A model generated the notes under the pieces. It ran no database searches, was not told where the DNA came from, and was given only the letters and a program-made list of their open reading frames with translations. This document shows positions 38,374 to 48,087 of a stretch of 64,000 bases of DNA, piece by piece. A program made the position numbers and the translations under genes. Position 1 is the stretch's first letter; each line of letters begins with the position of its first letter. The DNA is from Thermodesulfobacteriota bacterium (lineage in GTDB: Bacteria > Desulfobacterota_D > UBA1144 > Nemesobacterales > Mycalebacteriaceae): NCBI GenBank assembly GCA_965198945.1, contig CBDAQI010000001.1, positions 64,001 through 128,000 on the forward strand. The letters are read 5' to 3'.

Positions 38374-40359
38374 ATGATTAGAAATTTTATACGCCATACA
38401 CTTCTGGCGGCTCTTACCGTTTTACTTGCCGCGCCCGTTTCTCATGCGGCGGAGATTGATTTGGATGCCTATCCCAGTTATTTCAGAACAAGAGCAAGAG
38501 TTTTTAACAAAGCGACCTTCCAGGAGCCTTTTACGGCGGCGCCCCGGAAAGACACAATTTTCTTTGTTGACAGCACTCTGCGTGTTTCTCCCAGACTGAC
38601 TCTCGGAGAAGGTCTCTCAATTGTCGCCCAGGTGGATGTCGCCGATAATATAATCTGGGGCGGCACAACCGACCAACTTCTCGGCGGCGGTTCCACGCTT
38701 GTCAACTCAAGCATTTCAAGCTCAGACAGCTTCAGGGGATCTGTGCTGGTTCCCGTTTATAACCGGGTCTCATATCTGGACAGCGCAGTAGCTCCGGGCA
38801 ATCCCTCCCATGTTGGGACTAATAATGACGACGGAGTGCCGACACTGAACTCCGGCGCCGCGGTTGACCGCAACAACGGCTGGTTTAATGTGCGTTTTCT
38901 CTATGCTGACATTGATCTCCCGAATAACCTCGGATTTGTAAGAGTGGGTCGTCAGCCGTTTGACTGGGGCCTTGGAATTGTTCAGAACGGCGGGAATGAC
39001 CCTTCATCAGACTTCGGCACGATGATTGACAGACTGATGTTCATAAAAACCGCGGAAATTTCATCAGGCGCGACGGTAACCGGAATGCTTTTTGCCGACC
39101 TCTGGACCGGAGGAACCGAGCTCAGGGCGAGCGGCTCCGCATATGACGGAGTCGGCGGGGGTGTGATTTACGATAAACCCGTTGATGAAGCCAGCGGTCT
39201 CGGCGTTACGCTCGGAACATACATATATCCCTGGATAAGACAGAAAAACTTCGCAAGCAGCGAATATTTTCTCGGCGCCGGAGGAGACCTTGACCGCCTT
39301 ACGATTTATTCATTTATGCTGGATTTAAGGCGCGGAAAATTCCGCCTGGCCGGAGAATATAACGGAGCGTTCGGGAAAATCAGTGATCTGAACGGCTACA
39401 GACAGTGTGTGGGCGGCAGCCAATGCAACCGTGTGGTCCGTTTTGACAGGTCTGACAATGTGAAAATTAAGCACCACATTGCCTGGGCGGCGCGTCTAGA
39501 GCTTCTGCCCGAGAAAGCGTTTGATGTTATTGGGGGAGAGTTCGGCTGGGTGCAGGGAGACAAATCCGGAGAATACTGGACGGGGGACGGCTCCATTGAC
39601 GGAGGTTTTCTCGCTTTCAGTCCGGCTTACAATGTTGACCATCTCCTCCTCAGGCATGTTCTTCCGACCATATACCAGAGTGCGAACAATTCATTTTTCT
39701 CAAATTCCGAGGGCGGGGTTCAAAACACCCGCTATGCGCGGTTTTATTTTGACTTCAAACTTGCCGATTGGCTGACCGTGAAAAACCAGTGGCTTGCGGC
39801 CTGGACAAACGAGACGAGCAGTCTTTTTGTTGACGGCGAAAGCATCAACCCGTTTATCGGAAACGAGATTGAAACCACTTTCAGCATGCGTCTGAGAAAA
39901 GGTGTCTATCTTGATTTCACCGGAAGCGCGGTTTTCGCGGGCCAGGGGCTCAAAGATATGTTTGCGGGCCAGGCGTGGAACAACCTTGTTCGCCGCAGTA
40001 ATGATGACATACAACTCAATCTTGGCGCTGCTCCGCCTGTAGACGACGCGGATACCGATCCGGCAAGGGAAGACATTGTATCAAGGGATGTGACGGTGCA
40101 GTTTGTCGGCGCGGATGGCACAACACCGACCGCTCCCGGCCTGACGGCGACTCTTCAAGATGTTTCGGTAATCAGGAATGCGGACGGCCAGGCGGCTTTA
40201 AATGGTACTCCCACAGAGAATGCGGCCCTTCATGAAAGCGCATACAACGCTTTAAGACAGGAGTTTGCTTCACGGTATAACCCCAGCGACAGCAGAATCT
40301 GGTCTTTTCAGACCGTATTGACGGTGCATCTTGATTCACTTTCGGGCGACAGGATTTAG
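38374..40359 (+). CDS. Putative outer-membrane beta-barrel protein, paralog 2
   Basis: Signal peptide; shares PSY..TRAR, IFFVD.TLRV.P, QLLGGGSTLVNSSIS and LPNNLGFVRVGRQPFDWGLGI with paralog 1. Confidence 0.7.
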   Translation: MIRNFIRHTLLAALTVLLAAPVSHAAEIDLDAYPSYFRTRARVFNKATFQEPFTAAPRKDTIFFVDSTLRVSPRLTLGEGLSIVAQVDVADNIIWGGTTDQLLGGGSTLVNSSISSSDSFRGSVLVPVYNRVSYLDSAVAPGNPSHVGTNNDDGVPTLNSGAAVDRNNGWFNVRFLYADIDLPNNLGFVRVGRQPFDWGLGIVQNGGNDPSSDFGTMIDRLMFIKTAEISSGATVTGMLFADLWTGGTELRASGSAYDGVGGGVIYDKPVDEASGLGVTLGTYIYPWIRQKNFASSEYFLGAGGDLDRLTIYSFMLDLRRGKFRLAGEYNGAFGKISDLNGYRQCVGGSQCNRVVRFDRSDNVKIKHHIAWAARLELLPEKAFDVIGGEFGWVQGDKSGEYWTGDGSIDGGFLAFSPAYNVDHLLLRHVLPTIYQSANNSFFSNSEGGVQNTRYARFYFDFKLADWLTVKNQWLAAWTNETSSLFVDGESINPFIGNEIETTFSMRLRKGVYLDFTGSAVFAGQGLKDMFAGQAWNNLVRRSNDDIQLNLGAAPPVDDADTDPAREDIVSRDVTVQFVGADGTTPTAPGLTATLQDVSVIRNADGQAALNGTPTENAALHESAYNALRQEFASRYNPSDSRIWSFQTVLTVHLDSLSGDRI

Positions 40360-40423
40360 CCTGGCTCCAGGCCGCCTCTGAAAGGCTCCTCTAAGAATGT
40401 GAAAGCAAGGCCTTTGCGTCCTT

Positions 40424-40548
40424 TTCGCTGACACTGTCATTCCCGTGAAAGCGTGTCTGCGTGAAAACGGGGACGGCAACCCGGAGCAAATTGTGTCGCC
40501 TGTGGCGACTCATTTTTTCACCCGATGCCATGAGCACTGCATGACGGG
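40424..40548. repeat. MITE/REP-like element, degenerate copy 2
   Basis: GTCATTCCCGTGAAAGCG...TTGTGTCGCCTGTGGCGACTC...GCACTGCATGACGGG aligns with copy 1. Confidence 0.75.
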
Positions 40549-40683
40549 CGCGCCCAATATGGAGATACCATACAAAACTGCTGTTATTATCAGAGCGCTC
40601 CCCAAAGAATCAGTTGAAAATCCGCCTTCTGCGGGCTAATTTTTCGGCAGATGTTATAATTCCCTCTCATTGGGGGTGGTTTT

Positions 40684-42219
40684 ATGAAATTTCTGTCGTT
40701 CGTGATTCTTTTTGCGGTTCTGCTGTTTCCTGTTTACGAAACGGCCGGAGAGCCGGCCGGGCAAGCCGTTGCGCTTTCGGTTGATAGGGCAAGAATTCTT
40801 GCGCTTGAAAACAATAAAGACATTCTTATAAGACAACAGGATGTTTTCGCTTCGCTCGGGAGAGTAACTGCGGAGAAAGGAGCCTTTGACCCGGTTTTTG
40901 ACATAAGCTCTTTCTACGACAAAACATCCGAGCCGTCCGCTTCATCTTTTATTTCGGGGGCTCTTGAGACCGAAAGACTGGAAGCGAGCATGGGCATTAC
41001 GGGCAGAATTCCGACCGGCGGATATTATGATCTGCCCAGACTGTCAGTTTCCCGACAGGAAAGTGATTCACCCGTTGATTTTTTCAGTCCGTCTTTCTCA
41101 ACAAGATTGGATATGAAAATCGGCCATGATCTTCTCAGAAATTTCGGTCTGAGCAACGGAAAATCTGCGATTGTGGTTGAAAATCTGCGTAGTGATATTA
41201 CGCGGCTTGACCTGAGAACCCAGATATCGGAAACTCTTCTGGAAGTTGAGCGCAGATACTGGACTCTTGTCGCCGCCGTGCGCGAACGCGAAATTGCCCG
41301 CAAAAACCTTGAACTCGCAGTTGACCTGCTTGAGAGAAACCGCATAAGGGTCAGAGAGGGTGTTTTGCCCGCGCTTGAAGAGATAAGAGCCGGATCTGAG
41401 GTAGCCGTTAGAAATGTTGAATTGATAGAGTCGGAGAATAGCCTCAGAAAAGCCGAAGACGAGTTGAAAAACCTGCTCGGTTTGCCGCTTGACCGCGGCA
41501 TTAAACCGACTGACCGGCCGACCGCTGATTTGTATGAAAGCACAGACATACCAAAGCTGATTGAAACCGCTTTTGAAAACAGAGAGGAGTTGCAACGCTC
41601 TTTCAAACTGCTGGAGATAGCCGAAGAGCAAAAGCGTCTGCATTCAAACCGGCGTCTTCCCAAACTTGCCGTTGAGGGCGTTGTGTCTCTGCGGGGTCTT
41701 GCCGGAACCCGGAACCCGCAGTCTCTGGATTTGGGCGGCGTGACCGGCCCCTCCGCTTTTGAAGGTGATTTTTCAGACGCCGTTTCGACCGCTCTGGACG
41801 ACGATTTTATGAGCTGGAGAGCAAGCATAACCATGTCCATTCCAATCGGCAATCGTGGCGCAAAAGGTCTTTACACTGTGGCCGAAGCCGAAATGAATTC
41901 GGCGGTTGTTGAATACAAAAAGGCGAAAGAAACCGTTACCCTTGAGGTAAAAGAGGCCGCGGACGCGGTTTGGAGCGGATACAAAAGGGTTGAAGCCGCA
42001 AAAACTGCTCTCGGTCTTGCCGAAGAGGTTCTTGAAGCCGAGCGGGAAAAATATGCGGCCGGGCTTTCAACCACACGAGAAGTGCTTGAAGCGCAGAGAG
42101 ATCTTGGAGATGCATGGTCAAAGCACATAACATCTCTTGCGGACTATAAAATTGCTCTTGCGGCGCTTGAACGCGCAACCGGAACCATAATTGAAAAGAA
42201 GGGAATTGTCATTCCCTGA
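40684..42219 (+). CDS. TolC family outer-membrane efflux protein
   Basis: Signal peptide, ALENN, coiled-coil repeats, YAAGLSTTREVL.AQ..L, L..ATG. Confidence 0.85.
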   Translation: MKFLSFVILFAVLLFPVYETAGEPAGQAVALSVDRARILALENNKDILIRQQDVFASLGRVTAEKGAFDPVFDISSFYDKTSEPSASSFISGALETERLEASMGITGRIPTGGYYDLPRLSVSRQESDSPVDFFSPSFSTRLDMKIGHDLLRNFGLSNGKSAIVVENLRSDITRLDLRTQISETLLEVERRYWTLVAAVREREIARKNLELAVDLLERNRIRVREGVLPALEEIRAGSEVAVRNVELIESENSLRKAEDELKNLLGLPLDRGIKPTDRPTADLYESTDIPKLIETAFENREELQRSFKLLEIAEEQKRLHSNRRLPKLAVEGVVSLRGLAGTRNPQSLDLGGVTGPSAFEGDFSDAVSTALDDDFMSWRASITMSIPIGNRGAKGLYTVAEAEMNSAVVEYKKAKETVTLEVKEAADAVWSGYKRVEAAKTALGLAEEVLEAEREKYAAGLSTTREVLEAQRDLGDAWSKHITSLADYKIALAALERATGTIIEKKGIVIP

Positions 42220-42233
42220 ACTATAAGCGGTTT

Positions 42234-43793
42234 TTAATGTTTGAAATGGCGGACGCCCGTCATGATCACGGCCATGTTGTGCTCGTCCGCAGCGGCGGTT
42301 GTTTCTTCATCTTTTATTGAGCCGCCCGGGTGGACAACCGCTTTTATTCCCGCTTTTGCGGCTTCATCAATTCCGTCTCTGAAGGGGAAAAACGCGTCTG
42401 ACGCCATAACACATCCCCGCGTGGGGCTTTGAGCCTTCATGGCCGCGAGCTTTACCGAATCCACCCTGCTCATCTGTCCGGCGCCGATTCCAACGGTCGC
42501 GCGGTTTTTAACAAAAACTATCGCGTTGGACTTAACATGTTTGCAGACCTTCCACGCAAAAATCATATCTGCGGTTTCAGATGACGAGGGTTTCCTTTCC
42601 GTCGGAAAGGATGCGGAATCAAAATCCGAATCGGCGGCCTCGTCTCTGTCCTGTATAAGCGCGCCACCCGTAATTTTTTTGAGATCATAACCTGCGCGGT
42701 CTTGCTTTATTCCGGAAGCTCTCAAAACCCTGAGGTTTTGTTTTTTTGAGAGTATTTCAACGCATTCGGGGGAAAATCCCGGAGCTATTACAACCTCAAT
42801 GAACATTCCCGTTATCAGAAGGGCGGTTTCGGTGTCCATCTCGCAGTTCAGAGACACAATTCCCCCGAACGCGCTTACCGGGTCGCACTGTTTGGCTTTT
42901 GTGAAAGCTTCCGCCGGGGTTTGCGCGACAGCCGCTCCGCACGGATTGTTGTGTTTTACAATTACGCAGGCCGCGCCCTGTGCCGGGTCAAATTCCTTAA
43001 CAAGTTCAAATGCGGAATCAGTGTCGTATATGTTGTTGAGCGAAAGCTCCTTTCCCTGAATCTGCCGTGCGGTTGAGACGCAGCAGCCGGCGGTGTCTTC
43101 GGTGTAGAAAGCGGCTTTCTGATGAGGATTTTCTCCATATCTGAGGTCCATCCTTTTGGTCAGATTGATTGATATGGTGTCCGCAAAGCCTTCGTCCCGC
43201 CCGCTGGTCTTTGACAGAAACCCCGATATGGCCGAGTCATATCTCGCCGTGAGCGCAAAAGCTTTCCGGGCAAGCAGCAGTCTTGTTTTTTCCGAGACTT
43301 CTCCGCCGGACGACTTTATTTCTTCAATTACTCCCGCATAGTCCGCGGGATCTGTAACAACCGTTACAAATCTGTGATTTTTGGCCGCAGCCCTTACCAT
43401 TGCCGGGCCGCCGATGTCTATGTTTTCCACCGCTTCGGTGAAAGACACATTTGGCTTTGCGACCGTTTTTTCAAACGGATACAGGTTGACCACAACCATA
43501 TCTATCGGTTCAATGCCGTTTTCTCTCATCTGCTGAGAGTGTTCGGGATTGTTTCTCACCGCGAGGATTCCGCCGTGTATTTTCGGATGAAGGGTTTTGA
43601 CCCTGCCGCCGAGAATTTCTTTTGCCTGAGTGTGCGTCTCCACGCGCGTAACCGCAACGCCCGCTTCCTCAAGAGCTTTTGCCGTTCCGCCCGTGGAAAG
43701 AATCTCAATTCCGAGTTTGCAGAGTTCTCCGGCGAAATCTGTGATTCCGCTTTTGTCTGATACTGAAATCAGGGTTTTTTTAACCGGTTGCAT
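42234..43793 (-). CDS. purH: Bifunctional AICAR transformylase/IMP cyclohydrolase
   Basis: [41 protein letters not shown]. Confidence 0.97.
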   Translation of the reverse strand: MQPVKKTLISVSDKSGITDFAGELCKLGIEILSTGGTAKALEEAGVAVTRVETHTQAKEILGGRVKTLHPKIHGGILAVRNNPEHSQQMRENGIEPIDMVVVNLYPFEKTVAKPNVSFTEAVENIDIGGPAMVRAAAKNHRFVTVVTDPADYAGVIEEIKSSGGEVSEKTRLLLARKAFALTARYDSAISGFLSKTSGRDEGFADTISINLTKRMDLRYGENPHQKAAFYTEDTAGCCVSTARQIQGKELSLNNIYDTDSAFELVKEFDPAQGAACVIVKHNNPCGAAVAQTPAEAFTKAKQCDPVSAFGGIVSLNCEMDTETALLITGMFIEVVIAPGFSPECVEILSKKQNLRVLRASGIKQDRAGYDLKKITGGALIQDRDEAADSDFDSASFPTERKPSSSETADMIFAWKVCKHVKSNAIVFVKNRATVGIGAGQMSRVDSVKLAAMKAQSPTRGCVMASDAFFPFRDGIDEAAKAGIKAVVHPGGSIKDEETTAAADEHNMAVIMTGVRHFKH

Positions 43794-43968
43794 GTCTGTG
43801 TGATTAGATTATAAAGGGAAAAATCTGATGACCGGGGAGATTATACAATGAATGACCAAAATATCATAACGGACATTCACGGCAAGTGATTTTTCGTTTC
43901 AAAAGGCGTTTCCCGTTAGCGCTCTTTTCAGGAGACGGAGCCCCCTATAAACAGTTTCAAAATTCCAT

Positions 43969-44002
43969 AAAAAAGGAGGGCCGCCCGCAAGGGCAGCCCT
44001 CC
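43969..44002 (-). terminator. Intrinsic terminator of the ADC-like gene pair
   Basis: Minus strand GGAGGGCTGCCC-TTGC-GGGCGGCCCTCC followed by T6. Confidence 0.8.
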
Positions 44003-44029
44003 AATTTTTAGCACAATGCTAAGGCGTTA

Positions 44030-45016
44030 TCAGCCTTGGCTGTACTGCGGGAGCAGGAAGCGGTGACGCATCGTGTACTCAAACGGTTTCGCGTAGGCGA
44101 TTGCCCTGCTGTCCGTTGCAGCGAGATCGTCCGCTGACCTCTCAACCGTCCTGGTCCAAATGGTTTTGGCCGGCGGGATTATCAGGTTGAAAGTGAAACT
44201 TATCAATCCGACAACCTCTTTGGCCGGTATCTGGCCGCCCATAAAGTCAAAGGGCGTTCCTGACATATACCAGGCGCGGATGTCATCTCCCGTAGCCGTT
44301 CTCACACTGTCCGGGTCCAGCTGGAAGCGGTGTCCCGTTCCAAAAGCCGGGGGCAGCTCCGAAGGCAGATATGTAACCTCATGGATACTGTTGGTTACAT
44401 CCGGACGGGTCGTGATGCGGTAGTTCATCCTTCCCCAGTCCGTCTGTCCGTAAAACGTCGGTTTTACTGACAACTCTTTGTCGGAGTAGCGTCCGTTTGC
44501 GGTGTGAAGAATGTATCCACGGCGCTCCATGAGCATGTTGAAGTAGTTGTTGTTCGTGCCATGCTCAAAAGCGGCGATGTAGGCGGCCTTTTTCGGAAAT
44601 CCGAAAGGCTCCTTGCCCGCCCAGATCGGAGAGTCGTTTGACAGATACATGTAGGGGTAATACCCCGCTTTGTATGTGTTTCCGTCTTCACCGTTAACGG
44701 TGGCGGAAAATGTCACACCCATCTCCATGTAGGGGCCGAGCATTGTGTTTTTGTGGATAACATACCAGAACTCTATAACGTCGTCCTGAAGCTGGACCGG
44801 CTCAGGCAGAATTTTTTTCATGTCGTTTTCATCTGCTCTGATAACAAAAGCCATCCAGCGGCTCTCCGTGTAGGTGAGAGGAACGATGTCATAGTCAAAG
44901 ACAGGGTCTGCGACACCCTGAGAAATGATGTCTATTCTGTCTCTGTCCATTGGCAGCGGAGGAACTTCGCCTTCCGCAAGCCAAGGATAACTGTATTCAT
45001 TTGCTTGCATTCCCAT
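44030..45016 (-). CDS. Acetoacetate decarboxylase-like superfamily protein B
   Basis: LP.P, GPY.E, YYPYMYL, AGKEPFGFPKK (Schiff-base Lys motif); AAGGAGG RBS. Confidence 0.75.
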   Translation of the reverse strand: MGMQANEYSYPWLAEGEVPPLPMDRDRIDIISQGVADPVFDYDIVPLTYTESRWMAFVIRADENDMKKILPEPVQLQDDVIEFWYVIHKNTMLGPYMEMGVTFSATVNGEDGNTYKAGYYPYMYLSNDSPIWAGKEPFGFPKKAAYIAAFEHGTNNNYFNMLMERRGYILHTANGRYSDKELSVKPTFYGQTDWGRMNYRITTRPDVTNSIHEVTYLPSELPPAFGTGHRFQLDPDSVRTATGDDIRAWYMSGTPFDFMGGQIPAKEVVGLISFTFNLIIPPAKTIWTRTVERSADDLAATDSRAIAYAKPFEYTMRHRFLLPQYSQG

Positions 45017-45049
45017 AGTTCAATTAACCTCCTTGAAAGTTATTGACAA

Positions 45050-46027
45050 TTAAGAACCCTGACTGATGGGGAACTGCTGTCTGAGGCCGTATTTGTAAGG
45101 TGTTGCAAATCCGGCGTAGTCAGCGGGTCTCTCATAAGTCTCATTCCAGAGAACCTGAGCGGGAGGAATGACAAGATCAAACACGAACGAGATCATACCC
45201 GTTACTTTGTCAATCTTGAGCTCCGTTCCCATGTTGTCAAACGGAGTTCCCTGCATAAACCAGTTTACCGCATCGCCTGATGCCGTTCTGGTGTGCTCGG
45301 GTTTAATCTGGAAACGATGCCCTTTGATCATTGAGTCAAAGGGAGGCGGGAGTTCTGAAGGCAGATAGGTGAGCTGCCACTCGGAGCTTGAAACGTCAGG
45401 TCTTGTAATAACCTTCATGTTGAATTTGCCCCAGTCCGTTTTTCCGTAGAAATACGGAGGCTTCACATCTGCGTCGTCAAACTTTCCTGTTGCGCTGTGC
45501 ATCAGGTAGCCGTTACGTGACATTGCGAATCCGAAGAAATCTGTCCCTTTCTCGCCGCCGTGCACTGAGCAGCGGATGTAGGACATCTTTTTCGGAAATC
45601 CGAGGACACGGCCCGCGTCAACGGGAGAGTCTCCGGTCAGATACATGTACGGGTAGTAACCGGCTCTCCAGACATTTCCTTTCGGGTCTTTGTAAGTAGC
45701 CGACATTGTAACACCGAACTCCAGGTACGGACCAAGCATGGTGTTTTTGTGGTCAACATACCAGAACTCAACAAGGTCGGCGTCATCACCGTCCCACGGC
45801 TCAAGCGGCGGGTTCGGAATCAGACGACGTCTTGTCGCTTCTGAACAGCTGACGACGAAAGCCGACCAGCGGCTGTCCGTGTAGGTAAGAGGGAGAACAT
45901 CTATGTCCCACAGCGGATCTGAAGGATTCGCTATGATCCAGGACTTGATGTCTCTCTCAATCGGAGGAGGCGGAACCTCCTTCGTCATTTCCCAATATTT
46001 ACTTGGGACATTGAGGTGACTAGGCAT
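45050..46027 (-). CDS. Acetoacetate decarboxylase-like superfamily protein A
   Basis: GPYLE, YYPYMYL, AGRVLGFPKK; AAGGAGGT RBS; paralog of the neighbouring gene. Confidence 0.75.
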   Translation of the reverse strand: MPSHLNVPSKYWEMTKEVPPPPIERDIKSWIIANPSDPLWDIDVLPLTYTDSRWSAFVVSCSEATRRRLIPNPPLEPWDGDDADLVEFWYVDHKNTMLGPYLEFGVTMSATYKDPKGNVWRAGYYPYMYLTGDSPVDAGRVLGFPKKMSYIRCSVHGGEKGTDFFGFAMSRNGYLMHSATGKFDDADVKPPYFYGKTDWGKFNMKVITRPDVSSSEWQLTYLPSELPPPFDSMIKGHRFQIKPEHTRTASGDAVNWFMQGTPFDNMGTELKIDKVTGMISFVFDLVIPPAQVLWNETYERPADYAGFATPYKYGLRQQFPISQGS

Positions 46028-46146
46028 ATAAAATACCTCCTTTGTTATTTCCGGCCGCCACCTAGCTCAAAGCGGCCGGAGATTTGAGGAAAGAAGAGGG
46101 AATGATAAACGACAAGATATCAAGCCACTCTCAAACCTCGCCATTA

Positions 46147-46175
46147 TTTCTATCATCGTAACTCGCGGGTGTCAA
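46147..46175 (-). promoter_or_regulatory. sigma70 promoter of the ADC-like pair
   Basis: Minus strand TTGACA-17-TAGAAA with TG extension. Confidence 0.55.
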
Positions 46176-46347
46176 GTGCCTTGAGAGAAAAAATTAAGTT
46201 TTTCGGTTAACGGTTGATTAAGCCGCGATCCAGACGGGAGAAAACACGGGTAACTACCTGTTATCACTTGTTTTTTATTTGCCGGAAAAAACTGGCAATA
46301 TCTTTTCTCATGCTCTTTTCGGGTTTCCGCTCACTTTTAATAACCGT

Positions 46348-46800
46348 TTATAAAGTAAACCGCTTTCTGCCTTCTGTGTGCCTCTGATTTTTGTTCAAAA
46401 CCATGTATGTAACTTGAGCGATTGCAGCGGTTTTTCCCTCTCCCTCTTTTCCTTCTTTTATCTCAACCTCCACCGGGCAAAGCGTTCTGCCGGCTTTGAT
46501 AACTCTGGCGACGGCGAGCACATCCGAAACGCAGGGGTTCAGAAAGCGGACGTGCATGTCGGTTGTCGTTATGAAGGAGTCGTGCCCCGCAACTGTGAGA
46601 ACCGCGGCCGCGGCGGCCGTGTCAGCGGCGGTTGTGAGAAGACCACCGTGGAATGTTTCAAAGATTCCGTCGTAGTTTTTCTTTTTCGGCACCTTCATCT
46701 CGCAAAGACCTTTTTTCAGGGAAACAATTTCTGCGTCAAGCAGTTTCATTATGGGGACCGCATTCATTCTTCGTCGGGTCTCTTTTATATTGTCGCTCAT
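46348..46800 (-). CDS. PaaI family hot-dog thioesterase
   Basis: HGGLLTTAADT, TTDMHVRFL.P, A.VIKAGR. Confidence 0.88.
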   Translation of the reverse strand: MSDNIKETRRRMNAVPIMKLLDAEIVSLKKGLCEMKVPKKKNYDGIFETFHGGLLTTAADTAAAAAVLTVAGHDSFITTTDMHVRFLNPCVSDVLAVARVIKAGRTLCPVEVEIKEGKEGEGKTAAIAQVTYMVLNKNQRHTEGRKRFTL

Positions 46801-46887
46801 TATTTCTCTCCCGAAAGGTGGTTTTCCTGTTTTATTGTTTATGGTAGCCTGTATTCCTCTTCTTCATTTCAATGTGTGATTATTTTC

Positions 46888-47760
46888 ATGGCTCAGATAA
46901 TAGACGGAAATAAAATTTCCGCCCGGCTGCGGAGCAAAATTGCCTCGGAAATCCGGGTTTTGCGTGAAAAATCCGGTATTACACCCGGTCTTGCGGCGGT
47001 TCTTGTCGGGCAAGACCCGGCGTCCGAGCTCTATGTGGAAAGGAAAAGACGCGCCTGTTTTGATGTGGGTATATATTCCGAAGAGCACAGGCTCAAGGCT
47101 GAAACAACGCAAAGCGAGCTTCTTGAGCTGATAGAGAAACTGAACGCCGACAAAAACATACACGCCATACTCGTCCAGCTTCCCCTTCCGCCGGCCATCT
47201 GTGAAACGACGGTGCTGAGCGCGGTTTCCCCTCTCAAGGATGTTGACGGTTTTCATCCGGAAAATATGGGGATGCTCATGGAGGGCAGCCCGCGCTTTAT
47301 TTCCTGCACGCCCTACGGAATTATGGAAATCATTGATGATCTCGGCATTGATGTTGAGGGTATGGACATTGTTGTAATAGGCAGGAGCAACATAGTCGGC
47401 AAGCCTGTCGCCGCAATGCTGCTCAACAGAGACGCCACCGTTACCGTGTGCCATCTCTGCACAAAAAATTTGGCGTCTTTCACTCGGAATGCGGAGATAC
47501 TGATAGTCGCAATCGGATGTTCGGAATTCATCAAAGGCGACATGATAAAAGAGGGAGCCGTTGTGATAGATGTGGGTATCAACCGCGATGAAAAGGGGAA
47601 AATCACGGGTGATGTTGACTTCAAGAGCGCGTTTCCCAAATGCTCTCATATAACCCCCGTTCCCGGAGGCGTGGGACCTATGACGATAACGATGCTATTG
47701 AAAAATACTTTTAAAGCGGCGGAGATGTGGAGTCGTGGAAAAGACGGAGGGCTAAGATGA
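46888..47760 (+). CDS. folD: Methylenetetrahydrofolate dehydrogenase/cyclohydrolase
   Basis: IIDG, LVQLPLP, KDVDGFH, CTP.G, GRSNIVGKP, TPVPGGVGPMT; ATG 46888. Confidence 0.97.
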   Translation: MAQIIDGNKISARLRSKIASEIRVLREKSGITPGLAAVLVGQDPASELYVERKRRACFDVGIYSEEHRLKAETTQSELLELIEKLNADKNIHAILVQLPLPPAICETTVLSAVSPLKDVDGFHPENMGMLMEGSPRFISCTPYGIMEIIDDLGIDVEGMDIVVIGRSNIVGKPVAAMLLNRDATVTVCHLCTKNLASFTRNAEILIVAIGCSEFIKGDMIKEGAVVIDVGINRDEKGKITGDVDFKSAFPKCSHITPVPGGVGPMTITMLLKNTFKAAEMWSRGKDGGLR

Positions 47761-48087
47761 TAAATAACGGACAGCCCTTTTATGCATCTTGACCCAATCA
47801 GAAAAGAAAACAAAAACTTTAAAAACGGTGAAATTTGTCATGCTTTCACCACATCCGGCGGATTCGTCTCCGGACCGCAGGACTCCTTCGGGAGTCCTTG
47901 CTTTATTTGAATGAAGCCCTTGAGAACAACAATAATTGAAAAACAAACCCATTTTGTGAGAAAAATTCGGAAGTCACTTCTGCAAAAATCTCAAACGCCC
48001 GACAGCATACCCGGAACCGCTATCAGGAAACCGAGTGATTGGAATTAGACGCACTCTTTATATATACCCGCTAAAGTTTGTGGGTTA

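Noticed and set aside
43794..43968. ZMP/ZTP riboswitch upstream of purH
   Set aside because: No recognisable pfl consensus; the region is AT-rich and promoter-like
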